A stretch of 24,000 nt of DNA from an uncultured Acidobacteriota bacterium (GTDB taxonomy: Bacteria > Acidobacteriota > Blastocatellia > Pyrinomonadales > Pyrinomonadaceae): NCBI GenBank assembly GCA_963728685.1, contig CAVSLK010000009.1:97502-121501 (forward strand). Reading direction: 5' to 3'. Under the pieces are notes generated by a model. That model saw nothing but the letters and a program-made list of their open reading frames with translations, made no database searches and had not been told where the DNA came from. The position numbers and the translations under genes are program-made. This document shows, one piece after another, positions 16,093 through 24,000 of this stretch; the stretch's first letter is position 1, and each line of letters begins with the position of its first letter.

Positions 16093-16473
16093 ATGTATAA
16101 GAAATTGATCAGCGTACTCGTTCTGATGTTTTTGATGGCGATCGCGATTCCCGTGTTGGCGCAAAGGTACGATTCCTGCGAACGGCGCGGACGCGGCAAT
16201 GCGTACGGCCATCAAAAACAGCGCTATGACAGGGGCAGGAATGTCCGCTACTATCGCCAGGACTACGGGCGCAGAAACAGGCGCTCTAATTACAGTTACG
16301 GCGGAAATTACGGGGGCTACTATGCTCCGGCTTATTACCCGCAAACCTATTACGCGCCAAGCTACTACACGATCAGAAGGCGTCCGGTTCGCCGTATTTA
16401 CAACAATTACAGCTATCGCCCGCGTTATCGCCGGGCAAACCGTGGCCAGATAAGCTTTAGCATCGGCTTCTAG
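16093..16473 (+). CDS. Small secreted Tyr/Arg/Gly-rich protein
   Basis: Signal peptide MYKKLISVLVLMFLMAIAIPVLAQ, then a low-complexity RRG/YGG/YYAP-rich mature region. Confidence 0.65.
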   Translation: MYKKLISVLVLMFLMAIAIPVLAQRYDSCERRGRGNAYGHQKQRYDRGRNVRYYRQDYGRRNRRSNYSYGGNYGGYYAPAYYPQTYYAPSYYTIRRRPVRRIYNNYSYRPRYRRANRGQISFSIGF

Positions 16474-16500
16474 CGCGGCACGGTAAATGCCTATCATTCT

Positions 16501-16550
16501 AACGGGAGAACCGGGTCAGATCGTTAAAATTCAGCACGGTTCTTCCCGTT
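16501..16550 (+). terminator. Hairpin downstream of the Tyr/Arg-rich gene
   Basis: AACGGGAGAACCG ... CGGTTCTTCCCGTT, arms pair with a 1-nt bulge. Confidence 0.5.
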
Positions 16551-16749
16551 AAAAGTACCGGTCCAGGTATTATATGTGCTCTTAACTTACAGAGTTTATT
16601 GTATTTATGGCCGGTTTAAGCGACGATATTTCAATTGATTGGCAACGTGAGATAAAACGAGCTAATCTAAATAGTCTAATGAGTCATTTTGTATCAAATG
16701 ATTACACGGCTTAATAGCTGGAAAAAGAAAAAGGGGGAAATTTGAAACA

Positions 16750-17112
16750 GTGAAAAACAGATTAATAGCAATATTCGTAGTGATCGTGATGCTAATGTTG
16801 ACAGTGCCGGTCTTAACGACTTCTGTCAGCGCCAGTACGCCGGGTATCGGCGCCGGCGCTCAAAAGTATTATTACTATCGGGACAGGCGCGGCCGTCTTC
16901 ATAGAACGACGAAAAAGCCGAGCTGGTACCGCAGGCACCGCAATGCTTCTAACGTAGGGATCGCAACCGGTGCGGGCGCTGTGATCGGCGCTCTGGCGGG
17001 CGGCGGAAAAGGCGCTTTGATCGGAGCGGGCGTTGGGGCCGGCAGCGGCGCGCTTTATACCTACAAGCTCAAAAAGAAAAAGAGACACTACGTCAAGAGA
17101 CGGAGATACTAA
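16750..17112 (+). CDS. Small secreted glycine-zipper protein, paralog A
   Basis: GTG start, signal peptide, NVGIATGAGAVIGALAGGGKGALIGAGVGAGSGALYTYKLKKKKRHYVKRRRY. Confidence 0.8.
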   Translation: MKNRLIAIFVVIVMLMLTVPVLTTSVSASTPGIGAGAQKYYYYRDRRGRLHRTTKKPSWYRRHRNASNVGIATGAGAVIGALAGGGKGALIGAGVGAGSGALYTYKLKKKKRHYVKRRRY

Positions 17113-17126
17113 GCTCTGCAAACAAA

Positions 17127-17170
17127 TGAAAAAAAGGCCGTGTGGATGCAGATCCGACGCGGCTTTTTTT
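17127..17170 (+). terminator. Rho-independent terminator-like hairpin
   Basis: AAAAAAAGGCCGTGTGGATgcagATCCGACGCGGCTTTTTTT. Confidence 0.7.
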
Positions 17171-17196
17171 CTTTGCCGCCGGTTTTAGCCGGCGAG

Positions 17197-17332
17197 TTTA
17201 AATTGCCACTAGCTTTAGCTAGTGGGACGTGAAATTTAATTCAAGACCCGGGCTTTAGCCCAATTCGGCTGAAGCCGATCAAAAATCATTTTTACTTTGC
17301 TGACCACTAGCTAAAGCTAGTGGCAATTTAAA
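17197..17332. repeat. 29-bp perfect inverted repeat whose arms are themselves palindromic
   Basis: TTTAAATTGCCACTAGCTTTAGCTAGTGG (17197-17225) and CCACTAGCTAAAGCTAGTGGCAATTTAAA (17304-17332). The interior carries GGGCTTTAGCCC and CGGCTGAAGCCG. Confidence 0.92.
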
Positions 17333-17532
17333 TCTAAGAATGGGGAATTAAATCGATTCTGTACACGAAATAGTGTACCCACTAACTATATGGTATATAA
17401 AGAGTTAGAGGTTTTTATGGCAACGCCTGCTAATACCTGCTCATCTTATTGCATGTAACGAATTATTCGTTACGATTAGTTTTTTCTCCTCACCGGTTTA
17501 TGGCCGGTTACTATGAAAGGAAGACTAAAGCA

Positions 17533-17865
17533 ATGAAAAAGAGACTAATAGCAACATTTATAATGATCGCAATGATGGCCGTGATGGTTCCTTTAATGTC
17601 CGTTTCGGCGAGCGCGCAAACCAAACGAAGTTATCGCAGCAATCGCGCTTATACGCAGCCGGTTTATAAAAAGCCGAATATCTATCAGAGACACCGTAAT
17701 GTTTTTAACGTGGGTATCGGCGCCGGAGCAGGCGCGCTGATCGGCGCATTAGCCGGCGGCAAAAAAGGCGCGTTGCTGGGCGCTCTGATAGGCGGCGGCA
17801 GCGGTGCCGTTTACACCTACGGCATCAAGCCGAAGAAAAAGGTTTACTACAATCGCAGGTACTAA
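17533..17865 (+). CDS. Small secreted glycine-zipper protein, paralog B
   Basis: MKKRLIATFIMIAMMAVMVPLMSVSASAQ, then QRHRNVFNVGIGAGAGALIGALAGGKKGALLGALIGGGSGAVYTYGIKPKKKVYYNRRY. Internal ATG preferred over 17449. Confidence 0.8.
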   Translation: MKKRLIATFIMIAMMAVMVPLMSVSASAQTKRSYRSNRAYTQPVYKKPNIYQRHRNVFNVGIGAGAGALIGALAGGKKGALLGALIGGGSGAVYTYGIKPKKKVYYNRRY

Positions 17866-17889
17866 TTCTTCGTAATTAGTATGTATGCT

Positions 17890-17940
17890 AAAAAAGTCAG
17901 TGCCGCGGCGGGTTGAAAAACACTCGTCGCGGCTTTTTAA
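17890..17940 (+). terminator. Terminator-like hairpin
   Basis: GCCGCGGCGGGTtgaaaaacACTCGTCGCGGCTTTTTAA. Confidence 0.55.
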
Positions 17941-18042
17941 TTCCATGGTGTTGCATCTACTTTTTTCCCAAACAACGCGTTGAATTGTAAGTGGCTTTGC
18001 CTCATAAAATAGCCGAAGCCGGAGCGGAGTGTTCGGATGCTT

Positions 18043-18146
18043 TGTTCGTGTCGTTTCGTGAGGTTTCGTGGTTTCTGGCTTGCGGCCTTTAAAAATAAGA
18101 CCTTTAAGAAGGAACCACGAAATCACACCAAAACACACGAACAAAC
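18043..18146. repeat. Inverted pair of CCACGAAATCACACCAAA-type repeats
   Basis: TTGTTCGTGTCGTTTCGTGAGGTTTCGTGGTTT and GAACCACGAAATCACACCAAAACACACGAACAAA. Related pair at 21750-21829. Confidence 0.7.
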
Positions 18147-18180
18147 CTAAGATCAGCATGCCGATACCGATGACCTTTCT

Positions 18181-19587
18181 TCAATTTCCGCAGTTCAATT
18201 TTATCTTTAATTTTTGAAAGTCCTTATCGTTTTGCAGGATTTTCAGGGTATCGTCTTTGGCCAAAACACCGCAGTCCTTAAAACCGTTTTCCGCCGTCCG
18301 GCCGAGCGCTTCTATAGCTTCTGCCCTTCGCCCGTCCAGAGTGAGTACTCGCGCCAGCTCGAGCAAAACGTCGACTCTTTTCGGATAGAGCATCGCAGCC
18401 ATTTCCAGATTTGCCGCGGCCGTCCTGTAATTTTTTTGCGGCAGATAAACGTACATCGCCGATTCGTAGGTCTGGACGAAAATTCCGAACGAGGTGCGGC
18501 GGGCAAACCTTCTTTCACCGGAATCTTCCCCGGCGTCGGCCTTCTCTCTTAGCCGCTGGATCTCGCCCTGTAATGTTTCAGTAGCGTCCCTGTTTTTAGT
18601 TTTGTCCAGAAGCGCTTCCCCCATGAGGACGATCCTCGTTGTGGTTTCATTTTGTTTGGCAAATAAATCCTTCTCTTCCTTCAAAGCGTTTTTATATTCT
18701 TTTTGCGCGGCAAGACGGGAAAGTTTTTCGGCCGTTCCCCTGACATCGATCAAGCCCGAAAGATCATTGACCAGCGATCCGTAAACGCGCGCCGCTTCGA
18801 ATACCTTACCGCTGCGAAAAAACATTTCCGCTCTTTTTTCGCCGCGGGAAAAAACGTCCTGCACTAAGGGCTTATCTATCGGGGCCTTCCCCTGTTTCAT
18901 TGCCTGCAGGTTCAGCCACTCGAAAGCCTCAAACGTCAGCTCTTTCGTCAGCCACCGGTGCCCGCCCTCAAAAATTTCTATGTGATGCGGCGTGGAAACT
19001 GCGGCCAACGTTTTTTCCAGCTGCATCATTTCCGGGTAATTAAAATCATCGGTGCCGACAGTGCCGAAAAAAACGTAAGGCAAAGGCCCTTTGGGTTCCA
19101 GCCCGGCCTGAAAACCGGCGCCGCTCGAGATCACGCCGGCAATACACCGGCAGGTGAAGGCAAAATTATTCGCCACCCTCGCACCGCCGGAATGCCCCGC
19201 CGCATAAGTTTTTTTCTCGTCGATGCTCAGCCGCGCGTGGGTGTCTTTCCAAAAAGCGGCGATGATCTCGGATTGCTTTTGGGTGCCCAAACCGTTCTGT
19301 GCGTTATTTGAACTGACGATTATAACGCCAAATTTTTCCGCGGCTTCGTGAAAGAGCGTGACCGCCCTTTTGCCCGCTCCGGATGGATCGAAGGCATATA
19401 ATGCGGGCCATTTTTTGTCAGGCGTGTAACCCGACGGCAGGTAGAGCGCGTAACTCTGCTGCTCGTTTTCCAGGCACGCGACTTTATCGATAACCACTCC
19501 GCGCGGGAGATCGGCCGGTTTTGATAGGACGGTCGCGCACAACAGGATCGCCGTCAAAAGAAAAAGCTTTTTTAGATCGTTACTCAA
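18181..19587 (-). CDS. Secreted alpha/beta-hydrolase (esterase-like) protein with C-terminal TPR-like region
   Basis: YALYLPSGYTPDKKWPALYAFDPSG, YAAGHSGGARVANNFAF, HIEIFEGGHRW, and C-terminal helical repeats ...LELARVLTLDGRRAEAIEALGRTAENGF. Confidence 0.72.
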   Translation of the reverse strand: MSNDLKKLFLLTAILLCATVLSKPADLPRGVVIDKVACLENEQQSYALYLPSGYTPDKKWPALYAFDPSGAGKRAVTLFHEAAEKFGVIIVSSNNAQNGLGTQKQSEIIAAFWKDTHARLSIDEKKTYAAGHSGGARVANNFAFTCRCIAGVISSGAGFQAGLEPKGPLPYVFFGTVGTDDFNYPEMMQLEKTLAAVSTPHHIEIFEGGHRWLTKELTFEAFEWLNLQAMKQGKAPIDKPLVQDVFSRGEKRAEMFFRSGKVFEAARVYGSLVNDLSGLIDVRGTAEKLSRLAAQKEYKNALKEEKDLFAKQNETTTRIVLMGEALLDKTKNRDATETLQGEIQRLREKADAGEDSGERRFARRTSFGIFVQTYESAMYVYLPQKNYRTAAANLEMAAMLYPKRVDVLLELARVLTLDGRRAEAIEALGRTAENGFKDCGVLAKDDTLKILQNDKDFQKLKIKLNCGN

Positions 19588-19589
19588 TT

Positions 19590-19907
19590 TTATTTTTTAG
19601 CTCCGATCAGATAAAACACCGGCTCGTCACCGACCACGCGCGCCGAATGCCTGGTCCCCGCCAGCATAAGATCGCGGTCGCCGGCCTCGAGAATAAAAGT
19701 TCCCTCGTTTTCAACGTCGAGCTCCAGCCGCCCGCTGATCACGGAGTGAGACTGATCCTCACCGTGAGCATGAACCGCGTAACTCGTGCCGGGACGGTCG
19801 CTCCACTCGAAAACGTCATAGCCCTCGCTTTCCATTTTGATGCGCAACCGGGCCGCATCGGGTGCCCCGGCGCCACTCCATTTTTGGGTCGTGTATCGTC
19901 CGCTCAT
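19590..19907 (-). CDS. Cupin domain protein
   Basis: YAVHAHGEDQSHSVISGRLELDVENEGTFILEAGDRDLMLAGTRHSARVVGDEPVFYLIG. Confidence 0.82.
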   Translation of the reverse strand: MSGRYTTQKWSGAGAPDAARLRIKMESEGYDVFEWSDRPGTSYAVHAHGEDQSHSVISGRLELDVENEGTFILEAGDRDLMLAGTRHSARVVGDEPVFYLIGAKK

Positions 19908-20443
19908 GGTGTCGCCGTTTCCCCTCCGCGCAGCAGCCGTTTTATCATCGCTATCTGACCCCGGTGGTGCGCCTCATGATCCACCAGCCGCTGCAGAATA
20001 GAACGCAGGTTCAACTCCGTTCTAATGCCTGCATACTCGCGAATATAAAGTTTGTCCAGATCGCTATCGCTGCGGTCTCTTAAAAGCTCACGGGTCATTT
20101 GCGAGATCTTGTCGATCGTTTCAATACAATACTGCGCCGTGTAACCGCGATCAAAATCGGCCTCCATGGTATCCAGCAGGTGCGCAAATTTCTTTTCTTC
20201 ATCTGTCGGCTCTTTGCCCGCCACCACCTGCTGCATCCAGTAAAATTCCGCTTCGCCGAGATGCAGCGTCAAAGCGCCGATGGAATGCATATTCGGCAAA
20301 AATCTTCGCGCGATCTCTTCTTTCGACAAATCTTCCACCAGCTTGCGCGTCTCGGCGCGCGCCCTCTCCCACGCGCTCAGATAAAAACCTATCTCCCGCG
20401 AAAAACCCGGCAGCGGCTCTAAAACTTCTTTTAAGGTTTCCAT
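19904..20443 (-). CDS. DinB family protein
   Basis: RRFLPNMHSIGALTLHLGEAEFYWMQQVV and LNLRSILQRLVDHEAHHRGQIAMIKRLLR. Confidence 0.85.
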   Translation of the reverse strand: METLKEVLEPLPGFSREIGFYLSAWERARAETRKLVEDLSKEEIARRFLPNMHSIGALTLHLGEAEFYWMQQVVAGKEPTDEEKKFAHLLDTMEADFDRGYTAQYCIETIDKISQMTRELLRDRSDSDLDKLYIREYAGIRTELNLRSILQRLVDHEAHHRGQIAMIKRLLRGGETATP

Positions 20444-20454
20444 AATTTTTTATA

Positions 20455-21684
20455 CTAAACCGCCTGGCCCGCGGCAAAGCCCGAGGCCCATGCCCATTGA
20501 AAATTATAACCGCCGAGCCAGCCCGTCACATCGACAACTTCGCCGATAAAATAAAGCCCGGGCACGCGTTTCGCCTCCATCGTCTGCGAGGAAAGCTCAG
20601 CCGTCGAGACACCGCCGAGCGTGACCTCGGCTTTGTCATAGCCTTCGGTTTCCTCGAATCTGACCCGCCAGTTCTTCAAAGTCTCGGCTATCGTTTCTAT
20701 TTCTTTTTTGGTTAATTTATTGAGCGGTCTGTTGGAAAAATTTTGCCCGGTAAAAACCTGGGCAAAGCGGGCGGGGAGAAACTTGCTCAAAAAATTTCCG
20801 GTCGTTTGAATGCTCTCACCGGCTTTCTTCACGAATTCCGCCTCATCCAGTCCGGGCAGCAGATCTATCGAAACCTCCCTGTCTTTCTGCACGTAATTCG
20901 AAATTTGCAGGATCGCTGGTCCGGAAAGCCCGCGGTGCGTGAATAAAATATTTTCGCGAAACTCCTGCCTGGCGGTCGAAACGCGCGCGTCTATCGACAC
21001 CCCGGCCAGGCTCTTATAGCAATTGCCGCCGGCAAACACCAGTGGCACGAGCGCGGGGCGCGTTTCCGTTCTTTTTACGCCGAACTGTTTTGCCGCATCG
21101 TACCCAAAGCTGCTGGCGCCGATCTTCGGGAAAGAAAGCCCGCCGCTGGCGATCACCAGGCTGTCGCAGGAAAATTCTCCCAGGTTCGTTTCGAGCCCGA
21201 ATGCAGCGCCGCTTTTAGTAACGCCGGTATTCGTAACGCCACCGTCGCTTCTAACGGATGCGGCTGTCGTGGGGCGTCCCGCCTTCACTTTTTTAACTGA
21301 ACACGCGGTCAGAATTTTGACCTTCGCTTCCCCACATTCCCTCAGCAGCATCTCAACTATCAAACGCGAATTTCCGCGGCAGAAAAGCTGCCCGAGCTTT
21401 TTCTCGTAAAAGTCGATCTTGTGTTTTCTGACTAGCTTTATGAAATCATCCGGCGCAAAGCGCGCCAGCGCCGATTTGCAGAAATGCGGGTTTTGCGAAA
21501 CAAAATTTTCCGGCCCTGTATGAACGTTAGTGAAATTGCAGCGCCCGCCGCCGGAGATCACAATTTTGCGTCCGACCTGCGCGTTGTGTTCGATGACGAG
21601 CGTTTTGCGCCCGCGCTTTCCCGCCTCTATCGCGCAAAAAAGACCGGCCGCGCCGCCGCCGATTATGATCACATCGTATCTCAC
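20455..21684 (-). CDS. NAD(P)/FAD-dependent oxidoreductase, HI0933 family
   Basis: YDVIIIGGGAAGLFCAIEAGKRGRKTLVIEHNAQVGRKIVISGGGRCNFTN, VTLGGVSTAELSSQTMEAKRVPGLYFIGEVVDVTGWLGGYNFQWAWASG. Confidence 0.96.
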   Translation of the reverse strand: MRYDVIIIGGGAAGLFCAIEAGKRGRKTLVIEHNAQVGRKIVISGGGRCNFTNVHTGPENFVSQNPHFCKSALARFAPDDFIKLVRKHKIDFYEKKLGQLFCRGNSRLIVEMLLRECGEAKVKILTACSVKKVKAGRPTTAASVRSDGGVTNTGVTKSGAAFGLETNLGEFSCDSLVIASGGLSFPKIGASSFGYDAAKQFGVKRTETRPALVPLVFAGGNCYKSLAGVSIDARVSTARQEFRENILFTHRGLSGPAILQISNYVQKDREVSIDLLPGLDEAEFVKKAGESIQTTGNFLSKFLPARFAQVFTGQNFSNRPLNKLTKKEIETIAETLKNWRVRFEETEGYDKAEVTLGGVSTAELSSQTMEAKRVPGLYFIGEVVDVTGWLGGYNFQWAWASGFAAGQAV

Positions 21685-21749
21685 GGTCTAATGATAGATG
21701 CGGCGAGTTTATATAACAATTTGGCGTATTGAAAATTTAAGATCAAAAG

Positions 21750-21829
21750 CGAACCACGAAAATACACGAAACAGCACTAAAAAAACATAAATTGTTTTCG
21801 TGTTGTTTGGTGTAATTTCGTGGTTTCTC
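21750..21829. repeat. Second inverted pair of CCACGAAAT...ACACCAAA-type repeats
   Basis: CGAACCACGAAAATACACGAAACAGC and GTTTTCGTGTTGTTTGGTGTAATTTCGTGGTTT. Confidence 0.7.
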
Positions 21830-21855
21830 CTCTTTTCGGTTTCGATAAAGGCGTG

Positions 21856-22299
21856 TTAATTAACCAGATCGGTAAAAAAGAAAAAGAAGAACGCCGCGGC
21901 GTGTTCGGCGGTAATATTTTTGGCGGACCCGATGCTGTTTCCGCTCGAATTTCTCACCGTCCCGCCGCTGTCAACTTTCCCGATCGAATTGCCGCTGGAA
22001 TTTCTGACGGTCCCGTCGCGGTCGACTTTTCCGATGGAATTGCCGCTGCCGTTGCGAATGGTGCCGTCGCTGTCGATCTTGCCGATACTGTTTCCGCTCG
22101 AGTTGCGCACAGACCCGTCCGGTTTAAAATAGCCGATGGTATTGCCGGACGAATTCCGCACCGAACCGTCCTCTTTCATATAACCGATGATATTACCGCT
22201 GCCGTTGCGAAACTCTCCCTCGTCGGCAAAAACGTTGGTCGCCAAAACACAATAGACCGCTACCGCAAAAACAGCAAAAATAAACGAATTTTTTCTCAT
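21856..22299 (-). CDS. Secreted protein with about five 17-aa repeats and a poly-Phe tail
   Basis: Signal peptide, repeats of VRNSSGNSIGKIDSDGT type, C-terminus AEHAAAFFFFFFTDLVN. Confidence 0.8.
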   Translation of the reverse strand: MRKNSFIFAVFAVAVYCVLATNVFADEGEFRNGSGNIIGYMKEDGSVRNSSGNTIGYFKPDGSVRNSSGNSIGKIDSDGTIRNGSGNSIGKVDRDGTVRNSSGNSIGKVDSGGTVRNSSGNSIGSAKNITAEHAAAFFFFFFTDLVN

Positions 22300-22394
22300 T
22301 TCATCTCCTGTGAGCGCGGGAGAGCGCGCTCTGAAATAGGTAAAGCAAGCCGCGGTTCTATGATGCCATATTTTTAAGATCGGTTGATAGAAAA

Positions 22395-22421
22395 ATAGGC
22401 CGGCAAAATTACCCGGCCTAT
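22395..22421. terminator. Terminator-like hairpin downstream of the acyl-CoA dehydrogenase remnant
   Basis: ATAGGCCGG caaaattac CCGGCCTAT, same design as 8788-8813. Confidence 0.7.
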
Positions 22422-22512
22422 CTTAAATTGTTAATTATTAATTTTTCATTCTTAAGTATTTACCAAACGTTTCTGATAAATAATTAATAATTCACAATTA
22501 AGAATTAACAAT

Positions 22513-24000
22513 TTAGAACGTGTATTTATTCGCCGCGATCAGAGTATCGGCGATGCGTTGGCGCGCGGCGATGGTATTGACCGGCGTCGTATTTTTGGTA
22601 AAGCGTTTCAGCGCGGCGAGCATGATGCGAAGCTCGTCGCCTTCGCTCATGGCGGCGATCGTGTTCTTTGCCCTGGCCTCGATCCGCTGGATCGCGTCGT
22701 TGCAAAAGACCTGCGCCATATCGATCTGCCGCGCGGCCGCTTCTTCTGCCCTTTTGTCGGCCAGCTTTTTCGCGCGCAGGATCGCCGTTTCCATCTGATA
22801 AGCGTCCATGATGATGTCGGCCGCAGTTGAGCAGAACTTCCTGCTGGTTCTGCGAGCGCCATCATGTATTTCTGCGCCGCCGTGCCGAGCACCATCAACG
22901 CGATCTTCTTGGCATTCTGCGCCAAGTTTAGTTTCGGCGCCGAGCAGGCTTCGTTCTCATCGTCAAAGCGACATCTGCGGGTTCAGGATCTCGTCCTGCA
23001 AGGCTTTGCCGGCCGGGATCAGCGCCAGCTTGCCCTTCATCGCGCGCTTCATCAATTGGCCGGGAATGAGCATGCGGTTGATCTCGTTCGTGCCTTCGAA
23101 AATGCGGTTGATGCGCGAATCGCGATACGCTTTTTCCGCCGGGTAATCCGCCGAGTAGCCATAGCCGCCGTAGATCTGCACCATCTCGTCGACCACATAA
23201 TCGAGCGCTTCGGAGCAGGCGACCTTGTTGATCGAAGATTCGACCGCGTACTCCTCGATCGACTGCAGTTTCTTCTCATTGTCGGCGCCGTCGCCGATCA
23301 GCGCGTCGATCATCCCGACCGTGCGGTAGGTGATGATTCGGCGACCCAGGTGCGGATCGCCATTTCCGCCAGCTTGTGTTTGATCGCGCCGAAAGTAGAG
23401 ATCGGATTTGCCGAACTGATGGCGTTCGTTGGCGTAGCGCACCGCATTCGTGTATCGCCAGCTTTGCGCCGCCGGTGACCGAAGCGCCGAGTTTGAAACG
23501 GCCGACATTCAGAATATTGAAAGCGATCTTTGCGCCGTCGCCGACGTTGCCGATCAGATTCGCCGGCGGGAATTTTCGCGTCGCGACAAGATCAGCGGCG
23601 TGGTCGAAGAAGACTTGATGCCCATCTTGTGCTCTTCATTGCCCGGGCGGCAGTTTTCGCTGCGCTCGACCAGAAACGCGGAGAATTTTTCCTTCTCGCC
23701 GTCGACCTTGGCGAAAACGATATAGACGTCGGCAAAACTGCCGTTAGAGATGAACATTTTCTCGCCGTTGAGCGTGTAAGTCGCGCCGTCTTCGGTGAGT
23801 TTCGCGTTCGTCTTTGCGCCCAAAGCGTCGGAGCCGGAGCCGCTTTCCGTCAGGCAATACGCCGTCACTATTTCGCCGGAAATGATCCTGGGTATCCACT
23901 CTTTCTTCAGCTCTTCCGAGCCGAAATACAGGATCGGCAGCAGGCCGATGGAGGTCTGCGCACCGAACGTCGTGCCGAATCCGCCGCCGCGGCCGATCAT
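22513..24000 (-). pseudogene. Acyl-CoA dehydrogenase, partial and split by multiple frameshifts
   Basis: Pieces at 23554-24000 (EIVTAYCLTESGSGSDALGAKTNAKLTEDGATYTLNGEKMFISNG), 22963-23508 (NERHQFGKS, EALDYVVDEMVQIYGGYGYSADYPAEKAYRDSRINRIFEGTNEINR), 22647-22925 and 22513-22809. The true reading frame changes several times. Runs off the window at 24000. Confidence 0.85.

Noticed and set aside
16611-17510. Shared ATGGCCGGTT upstream of both glycine-zipper genes as a leader-peptide system
   Set aside because: The shared stretch is only about 13 nt and the following codons differ. Too little to claim conserved leader peptides.
22422-22515. AT-rich inverted sequence (TTAAATTGTTAATTATTAAT ... AATTAAGAATTAACAATTTA)
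   Set aside because: Extremely AT-rich and low complexity. Pairing could be chance, so not claimed as a functional element without a copy search.
22864-23478. 204-aa plus-strand ORF
   Set aside because: Antisense to the acyl-CoA dehydrogenase remnant. No plausible domain.

Overview
Chromosomal-looking window, by inference from an Acidobacteriota/Blastocatellia-type genome. It contains about 20 credible protein-coding genes and an unusually dense set of short palindromic intergenic repeats. No CRISPR array, rRNA, tRNA, phage or transposase gene was recognised.

Recognisable genes: two MBL-fold hydrolases, a secreted truncated globin, a fasciclin-domain protein, a lectin-like/possible aerolysin-like protein next to a phospholipase C/phosphoesterase, four short XRE-type HTH loci (one frameshifted), class I FBP aldolase, YceI-family protein, a DUF2779-like RecB/Cas4-DEDD nuclease behind a MarR regulator, a TIGR04283-like glycosyltransferase, three small secreted Tyr/Arg/Gly-rich proteins (two are glycine-zipper paralogs), a tight four-gene block (HI0933 flavoprotein, DinB, cupin, esterase-TPR), a 17-aa-repeat secreted protein, and a multiply frameshifted acyl-CoA dehydrogenase at the right edge.

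Most interesting leads: (1) short orphan XRE genes, three of which have the same GCGGGCGCAAGC element within 5-10 nt of their stop codon, plus a start-codon-sequestering hairpin and an 18-bp palindrome upstream of one; (2) the B-lectin/possible pore-forming protein paired with a phosphoesterase; (3) an 83-bp palindromic MITE-like element in two copies; (4) oppositely oriented 9-nt repeat arrays; (5) a nested 29-bp perfect inverted repeat.

No multi-gene novel system is proven. All family calls are from motif reading without database searches.
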